Part shown: in pieces, positions 52,670 through 64,000 of the stretch
Numbering within the stretch: the stretch's first letter is position 1
How the letters are laid out: each line of letters starts with the position of its first letter
NCBI GenBank assembly: GCA_011109175.1
Contig: RDEW01000071.1
Location: forward strand, 9,632 to 73,631
Reading direction: 5' to 3'
Length of the DNA: 64,000 bases
Source: Dicyema japonicum
Lineage: Eukaryota; Animalia; Dicyemida
Translations under genes and position numbers: made by a program
The notes under the pieces: generated by a model
Told to the model about the DNA's origin: nothing
What the model saw: only the letters and a program-made list of their open reading frames with translations
Database searches by the model: none

Positions 52670-52950
52670 ACTTGTGTCGACCCACTTTGCCAATCCAACA
52701 TCGTCGAGAGCGCACACTATGCCGCGGAAAAAAACAATGAAAGTAAGGAGAAAAAATATGAATCATTGCACGATCGGTTCACGATCTATCTCATTGTGGT
52801 CAAGACAACTTGAGGAATAAGTGGAAAATCGCTTCGCTTCCTAAAAAAACATGGACGCCTAGCTACATTAAAAAGCCACGACGCACATGAGACCTAGTGG
52901 CATCTCCAGTTGATCTCTGTTGCAATCGTGAGAGGTAACGCAATGTCGGC
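52670..52950 (+). mobile_element. CRE-clade RLE 3' fragment
   Basis: WDTTCVDPL..KKY..ISVAIVRGNAMS; similar to 42879-43260. Confidence 0.75.
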
Positions 52951-54250
52951 AGGGTCGACGAAAATTATTTCAAAGACCAAGGATAACCAAAATACTAACT
53001 CCTTGATCATGATCGTTCCAGCGTTCCAGAACTTGTCTCCAGGTAACGACACTGTCTTCAAGGAAAGAATAGTTGATCCTCTTGATCCCGGCCACGCATT
53101 GGGCGTCTCTCAGTAAGCTGGATCCAATGCCGCCATCAAATGGAGGGAAAAATAGTTAGGTTCCTTGAGACTTTTCCTGCTTTTTAGTTTTAATTAATTC
53201 TTAGAAACGTGGTTTTTTGTTTGCTAGTGCAACTCTGAGATCGTTTTCAGGGTTAAGAGCGTTTTAAGCCTTCAAGATTATTGTTGATTTCTGTTTTAAT
53301 AATTTTATCAAAAGCCGAGTTGGATAGCAATTTCATCAGTGTTGGAAAATTGGCAAAATTATAGTCTTGAAAACGTCGACTCCACAAACAGTTTATTCCT
53401 AGCCACGTAGATTGTCAGAAGCATTAATAATTTTCATCCCTTTACATGAAAGACTCAACTGAATAAGATGATAGAAAATGTCAGTCAAATATGCCAATAA
53501 AATATTAAAATTTGAAGATTTGAAACAATCAAGTAGTTCAGAGTGTTTTTTTCAAATAAAATTATTCGATTTCAAAACTGAGCATAAAAATTCTTGTCAA
53601 ATCACAACCTCTCGACAGCCATCTAGCGTCGGTACGATACAAAAGAACAGTGGCGTCTTCATCATAATACACAATGCTTTGAATAGTTTATGATTTAAAG
53701 CCCTTCTCGAATAAGATTCACGATTTTGACACTGGAGTAATCATGATTTTTAAAATTATTTCTCGCACCCCCGATCGGGAAGCACTGTATTACAGTAAGC
53801 TTAAGCAGACTTTTTACAAGCTCTGTAAATGCTGAGTGATAGGCGAGAAAGTGATAAGATCTCGCTGGCCACTTTTTTGGGAGTATTCTACCTATGGATA
53901 TGGCGGGACTGTGTAATGGGGGATACTTTCCAATCAAAAATGTAACTGGGAGGCTTTCGTGGACTTCAGTGACACAGTCATCAGTAATACCTCATTGTAT
54001 CCAAGATTGTCTACAAAAAGCTGGGCCACACAAGATATTCCGAACCTAACCAACCCTCTCTCAAAACAAAAGAATCACTAAAGCTGTCCATCTAAGAGAT
54101 TAATAAACTACCAGGTTCTCAACACCCCCATTTCACAGAACCTAAAGACCAACTCACAACCTAAGTCACACACCATTACAATACCCAATCATCTTGCACC
54201 AAAAACTCATCAAAAACACCAAAAACAATCAAGATTAGAATAAAAGAACA

Positions 54251-55354
54251 TCAAGCCTTAATAACATCATCCATATAATCATCAGGGATCTCTATTCTGG
54301 CCTCCCTTACTTCGAATACTCGAATCACGGAATCCATGCAACCAGCAAATAGCACATTCCCATCCGGAGACCACGCAAGTGACAAACAGCTAGGTGGTCT
54401 CTTAAAAGTTCCCTCAATGTAGATAACCTCCACGCATTTCTTCGATGACAATTCCTGTCCTCATTATACAAAACTCACGTATATCAGAATCTCTGACCCA
54501 CAGGCAGCAGTCAACCAGAACCTCACGGGACTAAAGATCAGGGCGTAGACCGGTCCCTTCGTGTGAAATATGCAGACAGGGTCTTCCTTGCTGTCCTCAT
54601 TCAAATCAAACATCATGATAGTCCCACACTAAAAGATCAGGAGATCGAGGACCTTATGGCCTGTAGCAAATAGGGAGCCGTCAGGGGCAACAGCCATGCA
54701 GTTGATGAACCCCTGGTGTTGATTGTATTCCATATTCTTCTCGCACTTGTCTGTGAGGTTCCATAGAATGGAAGTCGAGTCCCAACCCGTGGAGAGAAAG
54801 TCCTTGTTACTACCAGACACATGCCTCACGCACGTGACCCTTTCTTTGTGTCCATTCTGATATTAGGCTAATGATTACTTCGATCGTGTGCTTCCTATCA
54901 GCCACTGTGTTCCACAGCTTGACTGTCCTGTCACTTGACCCAGTCAAAACGAAGCGGTTGTTGTTTGAAAAATTCACACTGAGGACGGGTTGTGTGTGTC
55001 CCTCAAACCTCGCAGTGGATACACAACTAGAGAGTAAATTTAAAATATATTACCTTGTAAGATCCCATATTCTGGCAGTCTTATCCCACGAACCAGATAA
55101 AAGGAATTTCCCGTCGTAGGAGAGGTCGATGTCACTAATAAAGTGTCCGTGGCTTCTAAGAGCACGGTAAGGGTAAAGGTTATTCAAAGGGGCGTCGTCG
55201 TCACCCTTCCATATCATTATGCATTTGTCTGAATGTTTAATAACCCCCTACCTCTTGATCCTGAGAACACGATATTGTCCTGGCTTACTTTGATGCACGT
55301 AACTGCATCTCGGTGGCCTCCCATTACATCTGCAAGTTCAAGTTTTTGCGTCAT
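54251..55354 (-). CDS. RACK1: RACK1 (WD40, Gbeta-like; divergent). Introns 55229-55251, 55027-55053, 54857-54878, 54629-54652, 54455-54478 (23, 27, 22, 24, 24 nt)
   Basis: The spliced frame is continuous: MTQKLELADVMGGHRDAVT..FSGSRDK, RALRSHGHFISDIDLSYDGKFLLSGSWDKTARIWDL, RFEGHTQPVLSV, VAPDGSLFATG, ALIFSPVRFWLTAA, PSCLSLAWSPDGNVLFAG; ends in TGA. Confidence 0.95.
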
Positions 55355-55449
55355 GTGAGATTGAAATACACGTTATAAATTTAAATTATATTAAATTATA
55401 TAATTAATTTTAAATTTATTTATTTTTAATAAAACGCATAACTGAAATT

Positions 55450-56230
55450 GGACTCGGTACACGACTGGTTGGTATCCAGTCTTGTAATATAAACCCCCCA
55501 TTTCAACATGAGCCATGTTCACCTCTGACCATCGGATCAAAGAGGAGCCTAAACTTTAATTGGATATGTACGAATACCCGTTACAAGTTCTCCCTCGATT
55601 CTGGGAGTAACCTATTATAAACTGATGTGTTTTATCACCCACACGAACAGGACTTACACAATGGGAATCCAGAAACTGAACACGCGCTAACTCGTAAGGT
55701 ACTTTCCAATTAGACGGACCCATAACAAGACTATCGACAAACTATCCCTCCGACAGTAGAGCATGCTTCAGTCGTAGGGAGATTCGCACTTTCCGAGATT
55801 AAAGTCGAAAATTACATCAAAAGACTCTCCGTATGCTGAATACCCATCGAACCCCTACTTACAGAAGGTTCAACTCGCAGATGTGGAGCGTGTTTTCTTA
55901 ATCTTTGTGAAAAAAATGGAAATCCGCTTCGCCTAACTATATCCCGCGCTAATAAAAATCGATGTGTTACTTTTTTGATTCATTTTTGCAAGCTCGAGAG
56001 AAGCTACAGTGGAAACAATGGAGGACAATATAAGCAGGAAGGCGCGAAGACTGGGATCGCCTAATATTTCGACATTTTCTTTGTCTTTCTTGTTAGGTGG
56101 TCTGGTGTTGCTAAATAAAGAAAACCAAGGACACCCTGTCATCATTTATTGGAACTCTCAGGAATTTTTGGTCCTCTTTGGTAGATCATTCACCTTTTAA
56201 ACTTTGACGATGAGAACGGACCCGCGGTTC
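55450..56230 (+). mobile_element. Decayed APE-RT LINE 3' portion
   Basis: IPVTSSPSILGVTY..CFITH resembles IPSTNSTKILGVTYDSLLTF at ~5595. Confidence 0.55.
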
Positions 56231-56984
56231 ATCAACGTGACCCTTCCTAGTAGTACGAACAGGTACTGGGATCTCATAGGGACTTTGACAAAAAATGGGG
56301 TCTTTGATTTTAATAAATAAGTCACGTGCAATATTAAGACATTTGTTAGTCTACTAATTTAAAATGCGTAAGTTTCCGCGGGTGTTGAGTAGTAATTATC
56401 ATATTGCGACGACGGATTCTCAAAGTTTGATAGTCACATAAACTTGGTAAAACTGAGAAACTTTCTTTATTCCGAAATATTCTTCTAAACAATCTCTAAA
56501 ATAACTAATATTTCCTTACATTAGCAAAATGGAGCTCGCAGCAACGCATAGGATACACAATAATATGCTAAAGTACATATACTAAGTCTTGTTGCTGCGA
56601 ATAATAAACTCAATACTCTCTGGTGTTTGATTCTCTGTTGGTTGTTCAGTGTGACTTGTCCATTAATTTTACTTATAATAATGAGTACCACTAAAATCAT
56701 GAATTAATGAATTTTATATAAATTTAAATAATCTGACTTTTGACTTTCACCTAAATATCTTCTTGTCTTAGCAAATTTACTTTTGTGCCTCCATATTTCT
56801 TCACATGTGGGCTGTCTAAACTGGAATTTTTTTCAATATTGATATGAGACATACCAATCAAAATGAGATATATCAACCATAGTGAGATATAATCCGATCA
56901 AAATGAGATAAACAATGGGGGTAATGAAACACGTGTGGATCAAAATGAAATGATATACAGGGATTGAAATTATCATAAGCCTTG

Positions 56985-57230
56985 CCTAAATGGTTACACG
57001 AAAAGCATGTGCAACACAAAAAATCTTAGTTAGCCACTTCCATCCTCCACGATTACACGAAATAGATCTCAGCTCATCCAGATCGTCTCCCGTCTTTAGA
57101 CATTTTCCCACTATTTGGTGGTCTTTCTGCAGTATGGTAGGGAGTGTTATCCTCAATCGAAAGGCCAAAGTTCTTGCATTATACGTAAGTATTGATTTCA
57201 CAAATGCATTAAACATTCTCATCGGTTAAT
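56985..57230 (-). mobile_element. RTE-like LINE 3' fragment, internally deleted
   Basis: RMFNAFVKSILTYNA..RITLP..LKTGDDLDELR..NRGGWK. Confidence 0.7.
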
Positions 57231-57240
57231 TTAATTTATT

Positions 57241-57530
57241 AACCCCGGATACACCGAGAAAGAAGTTAAAGTAAACAACTAATAAAGTATATCCAGTTTC
57301 CACTTCTACAGAGTCCATTCGGAATCAGCATAAAAGGAAAAAAACGTCCATTACTTGCAGTTGTGGAAACCCCTCCAGTGGAGTGGGGAAGAGCAAATGA
57401 TCCTTTTTCGTTCCGGCCTGGCACTGGGCGTCACCTTGACAGGTGGATCACATGACGCCACTCTAATAGGAAGAGAAAGGAGGAACAGACAAAACATCAA
57501 CCAATTAACCACGCAGCACCACACATGTAA
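57241..57530 (-). repeat. SINE-like structured repeat family A, copy 4
   Basis: Full-length-like copy; tail GGGGTTAATAAATTAAATTAA on the minus strand. Confidence 0.85.
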
Positions 57531-58404
57531 ATTAACAAATTGTTAACTTAGATAAAAATTTTGCTAATATTAATATGAATAGAATTTACTTTGCCTGATT
57601 TATTTATTTTTATTTCAAATGACTAAGGATATCAGCACGTTCTCATAATCAATTTGAAGGTATTTTTTCAATAAGCCAATATTTAGTTTTTTAGAAGATT
57701 TTCGAGTTGTTTTGAGTTTTGGAGGAAATCTGGAATAATTGGAACAGCGTTAACGGTGGTCCCCAAAGTCTATCACTGTGTAAATTGGGATATTTCCTAC
57801 ATATCAATGTTTCAGCCTCCTCAGAGACCGAATAGGCAATTGGCTTGATTTGAAGGAGACTATTCGAGGCGAAAGTGCCCTTATATGTTATTTCCCAGAC
57901 TAGGGGCTCCAGCCGCGAAGAGTCGCTCTGTCCACTATTTTTTCATCATATCTTTGTTAAAGCTTTATGCCTCTGAAAGCTGCAAACAATTCTTTAGCAA
58001 GCATGTAGTGCAAATCCTTTAGCATCGGTATTGATATAGCATACGAATCAAAAGCTCAAGTCAAAGTAAAAAATCGAGGCGAGTCGTACTTATAAGTTCC
58101 TATACTGGACTTGGGATGAAATTCCCCACTTACAAAAAAGCTAAGCACAACAGACAAGCACGGTGATGTTAGTTCGAGGAATAAGGCATAAATATTTAAA
58201 AAACACAAAATGTATTTAATAATAAATTATAAAATAAAAATATTTATTGTCGCATGTCATCGTGTCCGGCCGTGCCATCATGTCTTGCCAAAGTCTCGAA
58301 ATTAAACATCCCACAACCGATGTTTAAACAATTTTCTCGACTTAAATGTGAATGTAAATTACACAAATGACGTCAAAGAAAAATATAACAAGATAACTCT
58401 AATT

Positions 58405-58532
58405 TTAACCATAACCCCCTACCCTGACCCCCGACCATAAACGAGACCTACTCAAATCCCTATCATATCCCTAACCCTAACCTTGACTTTAATCCCTAAC
58501 CATGACTCTAATCCCTAACCTTAACCCTATTA
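58405..58532. repeat. Degenerate hexameric, (CCCTAA)n telomere-like tract
   Basis: CCCTAACCCTAACC at 58469, further CCCTAAC units, and roughly 6-bp periodicity. Confidence 0.6.
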
Positions 58533-60504
58533 TGGGCGGCCGAAGTTAATGTATACACATTCCAGTCAAAAAAATTTAATCTTTAAATAGAATATTATTA
58601 AAAATCAAAAAATCGATTTTACCCCTGAGTCGATGAGGTCACGAGGCCTCATCAAATCTGACATTCTTCGGGATAACATAAACCAAAAGTTTACATGTTT
58701 GTTCAAACATATTGAGTATCAATATCTAATCTTTCCATAAAAGAATTTACTCCAAGGTCGGCCAACAGAATTAAGCAAACATTAGGATTTTCCATGCATA
58801 TAATCAGTCAGTACATGAGGTTCATATGCTAAGTCTCTCTAATGTTGAAGGATAAATTTACATTCGACTGAACAACCAATATTAACGGAACGTATTCATG
58901 GTGTTATATATTTACATACTAATATCTCTTGAGGATTAAATATTATGGTGGACATATTTTCTGTTGATATCTCAGTTGATGGCATATATTGGTAGTAGAC
59001 GTATATGACTCCCAAACATCTCATTTGAAAACATTATCCGATTAAGGGTTCAGAAATTCTTAGTCACATTTTATGTTTCCTAACCCTCTTGATGACTTAT
59101 ATTTTGGCAGTCGACATTTTCTGAACAAGAAACATCAAGATAGTAAAACAATGAACAGAATTTAGCATCAAACGAGAAATGCCTGTGTATTCTTTGAATG
59201 AATCAATTGAACTGTGAATTACGTAATACAGAATTGCCTAAGATGTTGTGTAATACTGCACAAGCAGTTCTAGACTATTAATTTGTATGGTGATTATAAA
59301 ATTCCTTGTTCTATAATTCAGTTTCTATGAACTTCCTTTCCGAGGATTCCCTTTCTAGTTATACAGTATGTCCCTTAGTTTACGTTGAGTGTTTTGTTTG
59401 TCATCTCAAATCTGGCTGATAATTGTTGATAAATACACTAAATGATCATCGATGTTGATACAATAATGTTTACCTTTATAAAACAAATTTATTTAAGAAA
59501 GAAAATAGTATGTTTACGTTTTGTGAAAATTTATAAAACTTCATAGTTTGACGTTTGTGTTCATTTTTGTCAAATTTCTTCATTTTTGATTATATTTGAC
59601 TTTTTGAAGGTATTTGATTCTTAAATAATAAATATTGTAACATTTGTTTCATTTTATGTGTGCTGGAGAGTACATTCAATTTGACTGTTTGATTTGGGGA
59701 ATAGTGGGTTTTACTGAGATAGAGATTCCAACACAACAAAATAACCACCAATTGGATCAACTAAGTTATACCCCCGTCATGGATTAAGTCGCTATGAGCA
59801 TCTTTGAGGTTGTTTGGAGGTTATTTGGCAGAACGAGAAAAAAGACCGTTGGATATCACAAAAATCAAATAGTAGGTCATGCAAATATTCCAGAGGGGAG
59901 GTCAAAGAGGACAAATTATGAGAGAATGTTTTTTTTCAAAAGTGACATTTCAACATGTACGTATGTGAAAAAGTTAAACATGACTGATAATCTTTTTGTG
60001 AGCCTTCGTGGAGATGATCGAGTTTATGACTTCACAGTGTGTTAGAAGATAAATCTCTGAATATGCTGGTTTAGCTACAACTACTCCGTTAACGTTATTT
60101 TATGTTCCGGTTGACTCTGAATTAGATATTTGACTAGAGGTTATGGTTAAGGGACATTGTCGGGGTTGATTGTGACAAATTGGTTATGATCGTGTTTTTG
60201 AGTAACCAGTGAAAATACAAAATTGAGGAGATATTTGATACGAAGAATTGAGACGAAGAGATATCAAGGAATCGAAAATAATGAATATTGTACAAACAGT
60301 TGTATTTGTCCAAAGTGAGTTAATGAAATGTTACGAATGTGGGTTAATGTTTTGAGTTTAAAAAACAATAATGTATTGTGAATCAATGATGGCTTCCCAC
60401 ATATTGTTAATATTTATATTAAATATTACATAAATTATATTAAATTATATATAATAAATTATATGTATAAATGCTATTGAGTCGGTTATGTTATTTAATC
60501 GACA

Positions 60505-60950
60505 ATAACATGCATTCTAACCCTGTATAAGCTGATGGTGGGTAATGAGGTCAGGAGTTTGTAGAGGCCACAGGAATACTCTTTGAGAATCAGTTGGGTA
60601 CTGTGCGAAAATATCAGGGGGGAAAAAGAGCAGGATATGATCAACAAGTGCCTTTCTGTGTCTCAGAAACTCACTTTTTATTTTGGGTGGATGTGAAAAA
60701 GGCTTATGATTCAGTTGATCATTCTTAATTTGTCGAATGCCTGCACAGTCTGTGTATGCCTGTGTGGTTCACCAGCTTGTATTAGCTGTGATGAATAGGA
60801 GTATTCATCTGAACTATAATAGACACCAAATAGGTTAGGTAAAATTCAAGAGGGGATCCTTCAAGGAGATAGCATGTCTCCAATGCTCTTTGTTCTTTAT
60901 TTGGAGATGTTGAGCAGTCGCTTCAATGAAAGATTTGACTTAATATCAGA
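60505..60950 (+). mobile_element. R4/Dong-like RT fragment
   Basis: LYKLMVG, DVKKAYDSVDH and RGILQGDSMSPMLFVLYL. Confidence 0.75.
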
Positions 60951-60974
60951 ATGGAATTGTATATTTTGCGCGTG

Positions 60975-61285
60975 GCGCCATGTGGTGCCGCGTGGTTAAT
61001 TGGTTTAAATTTTCTGCTTGCTTGTCTGTTCCTCCTCTCTCTTCCTAATAGAGAACGTCATGTGATCCACCTGTCTAGGTGACGTCCAGTGCCAGGCCGG
61101 CATGAAAAAGGATCATTTGCTCTTCTCCACTCCACTGGAGGGGTTTCCACAACTGCATGTAATGGACTTTTTACCCTTTATGCTGATTCCGGATGGACTC
61201 TGTGGAAGTGAAAACTGGATACACTTTAATTAGTTGTTTACTTTAACTTTTTTCTCGGTGTATCCGGGGTTAATAAATAAAAAAA
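60975..61285 (+). repeat. SINE-like structured repeat family A, copy 5 (opposite orientation)
   Basis: Reverse complement of 57241-57530; tail GGGGTTAATAAATAAAAAAA. Confidence 0.85.
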
Positions 61286-61639
61286 TAAGAAATGGAGAGG
61301 GGATAGGATTCAATATTTTGATAGTTTTAGTCTAAAATTGGTTAGAATAGATAAGATTCATCCTTCCTTACACAAATATCACTGTTCTGTAAGGGTGATT
61401 GTACCTTTCTGGGATTTTTCGTTAATTTCCCTGAAAAAAATACTGCAACAACTGATAAAGCTGAATGTAAAGGCCTTCACAAAGATCTCAGGCGTGGAAA
61501 TGATTTATATCTATGGAATTCTAAAGTCTATATAGATTCAGTAGAGGGAAGAGAAACCTGGACAAGAGACCAATTGATTGGACAATAGACCCTATCCTAA
61601 TAAAACAACACACGTTAAACCATAATAGATATTGTTTTA

Positions 61640-61860
61640 CCCAAATGGAGTAAGAAAATCTATCTAAGAATTTGCAACCTCTCTCAAATCGTCCATAGAT
61701 TCTCCATATCTCAGTTTTCTTTTGACGTATTTGATATGAGCTTTAGGTATCCTTGGAATTGAACGCCCAGAAACGTGGCCCACTCACAACAAAGTATTTC
61801 TCAATCGTAATCTTAGGGTGTATCCATTTCTCCATCTCAAATCAGTAATGGTTATTTATC
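61640..61860 (-). mobile_element. RTE-like LINE 3' fragment
   Basis: Similar to 32170-32420. Confidence 0.45.
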
Positions 61861-63589
61861 GATTCATTTTGAAGAAGTCAAGTAAGCTAAGATTTGCCAG
61901 AACTTAATAACTCGTAGTAATATAGTGAAATCACTGCCTCTCTTTATACTTCACAATAATGTTTATTAACAAAAATAAAGCTAAAAACCAGTATACCTCC
62001 ACCGTTTTCTAACGTGAAGTAGTTATATTAAAATTTTAGATTTTAACTTAAAATTCACTTAAAATGCGTTTATAAAATTGAATAAAATAACATTTTAATA
62101 TATGATTTAGCCTCTACGATGTAATTCTGACTATACGAGCGTGTTTCGCTCACAATTTGAGAGGGATAGCCTATCTGTTCAGACGTACTCATTCACTTGA
62201 TCGTACGGATTAATGTTTTTATTGTACTAAGGGTAACAAAATGCTAGTTGATGGTATCTAGTTGTTGGAAATTATTTTTCTTAATTCTCGTATATTCTTA
62301 AATTTTATTATCGTTATTGGGAGGCCTTCCATCATCGATTTGTATGAAAATGCGATCAATTAGCCTTCTACCTCCATACTATGTCTACTTAATTTTCTAT
62401 CAAAGATTCATGCACAACGGAAAGAGAGGTACTTGAGTCCTATAATCTTCAAAGTATCGAATGCAAAAGACTTGAGAAAATTATCTCTCGAGTTCCCGTA
62501 TTGTTTTCTTTGAGAGTTCCCGCAGAGTTCTACTAATTAAAAGATCATTTAATTATTTTATCAATAAAATAAAATTAATTAAAAGAGCGTATTGTTGATA
62601 GAATGTTAACAATGTCACATTTGCTTTTAAAAGAAGGTATATTCATAAGAATGACAAGTATGTAGAGTTCATTTTATGATTATTTGCTAATATCACCAAT
62701 TTTTGAAATCTTGTATTTGCTCTGAGGGTTGATGTGATAAATATACATGAATTACAACCAACTGAGATTAAAGAGTTAGATCACCATACTTAGTTATAAA
62801 GTATATTCTCCACAAACTGTACAACTTGAAACTAATCTTCCCAATGCTCTTCATATTGTCAAATTTCCATGACTTATTCTATCCCAAAAAAGAAAATAAA
62901 AATGTTTTCAATTTCATGTTACGGATAATAACAAATATAACAATTTAGTGAATAATGAAATTATCTTTAATCAATATTGATTTTAATTATTTCACAATAT
63001 TGGATAATCTTATTATGTATGATAGAAACATTATATAATTATCTCATGTTTGGAATCTAGTAATGAGTATGAATACTGAAAAATGAATAAATTTTCAACA
63101 TCTAGGAGAAAGTGTTACCGGGAAGTAAATACTGTGACGATAAGTTTTTCTTTTTTATATAAAGATATTTTTGGACTGAAACAATATATCCTCCAGTATC
63201 AATAGTTGCTTTGTATGGAAATATTAAAGGTTCGTGTATTTCATTTGAATATTTGAAAGTGAGAAATATTATAATAATCGTTACTATGTGCATGGTTTAT
63301 GGAACCGGTTTTTTTGCTCTTTAATCCACCCTTGATGTCATGAATCTTTATGTTTACTAATGTTTAAATTGTTTAGTTTAATTGTTTTCGTTATGTGAAA
63401 TAAATAATTGTTTTAATTTTATCTCTACAACCGCAAATAAGCAAATATTATTTATATTAAATGTTACGTAATAAATATTATGTAATTAATATTTAATAAT
63501 TTTATCGATTAAATAAATTACAGTTATTTTTAAATGATGATAATTTCTCGGGGTTACAACGGTTGTCTTTCTTGCCTTAAGTATTATTA

Positions 63590-63960
63590 TTAATAGCACT
63601 TTCAAAGAACCAAAAATGTAATTTATTTAATTGAGGTTCCGCTTGTGCCGTATTTTTCTTCAGGTTATTTTTTTCCCACAATTCTCTTGACCAACTTCCT
63701 CCATGCTCCGCGGTTACAGGCAGTTATTCCGAGCGTATCCAGATCATCTCCAGTTTTCAGCTTTCGTCCTACATTGGTCAGGTCCTTGTGTAGAACCTCT
63801 GGCAAAGTTATGCGAGGTCTTCCACGGAACGAGGTATTCACTTCTGGGCAGAAATAGTTATCCATTGCTATTTTAGCAGGCGTCATTAGGCTCATTCGAA
63901 GGATGTGACCAAACAGACGCCATCTTGATTGCCTCAAGAAGCTCATGGAAATTCAAGAGT
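63590..63960 (-). mobile_element. RTE-clade LINE 3' end
   Basis: ORF 63665-63946 LRQSRWRLFGHILRM..GRPRITLP..NRGAWRKLV; terminal AATACGGCACAAG. Confidence 0.85.
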
Positions 63961-64000
63961 TACTTCACTAAATAATGTTGAATAAATGCATTGGTATATG

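Noticed and set aside
8557-55354. Alternative genetic code (both conserved genes end in TGA; tiny introns recall ciliates)
   Set aside because: Spliced 14-3-3 and RACK1 contain no in-frame TAA, TAG or TGA, use CAA/CAG for Gln and TGG for Trp; CRE ORFs end at TAA or TGA where expected.
56560-56590. U6 snRNA (ACATATACTAA)
   Set aside because: No ACAGAGA box or downstream U6 sequence.
57380-57400. Family A as U3 snoRNA (GGATCATTT resembles box A) or as an SL RNA
   Set aside because: No other U3 boxes, no Sm site or donor arrangement; copies have retroposon-type tails.
62000-62500. MULE transposase remnant (WEAFHHRF)
   Set aside because: A single weak motif; insufficient support.
682-63946. 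Most of the short ORFs in the supplied track as independent genes
   Set aside because: They are antisense or off-frame shadows of TE ORFs, 14-3-3, RACK1 or the lectin-like genes, or chance frames in A/T-rich DNA.

Overview
AT-rich eukaryotic genomic DNA made up mostly of decayed transposable elements. These include CRE-clade RLE retrotransposons of several subfamilies, Vingi/Ingi- or Jockey-like APE-RT LINEs, RTE-clade LINEs, R4/Dong-like RT elements, a Buster-type hAT and a Merlin/IS1595-like remnant. Host genes are few and are split by 22-27 nt micro-introns, so the ORF track fragments them. I reconstructed a divergent 14-3-3 gene (8557-9537, +), a divergent RACK1 gene (54251-55354, -) and a small family of secreted tandem C-type-lectin-like genes or pseudogenes (best copy 34555-35533, -). 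The window also holds a ~310 bp 28S rRNA fragment, and a duplicate of 1007-15750 at 25434-31385 that lacks 8.5 kb and is joined by microhomology. The short introns at positions I recall as matching human ones, plus strong protein divergence, suggest a compact-intron metazoan parasite such as a myxozoan or dicyemid; this is inference and the taxon is not established. The most novel-looking signal is a structured RNA motif with HDV-ribozyme-like topology and compensatory base changes. It sits at the apparent 5' end of two LINE copies and inside five copies of a ~220-300 bp SINE-like element. All alignments, translations and folds were done by eye.
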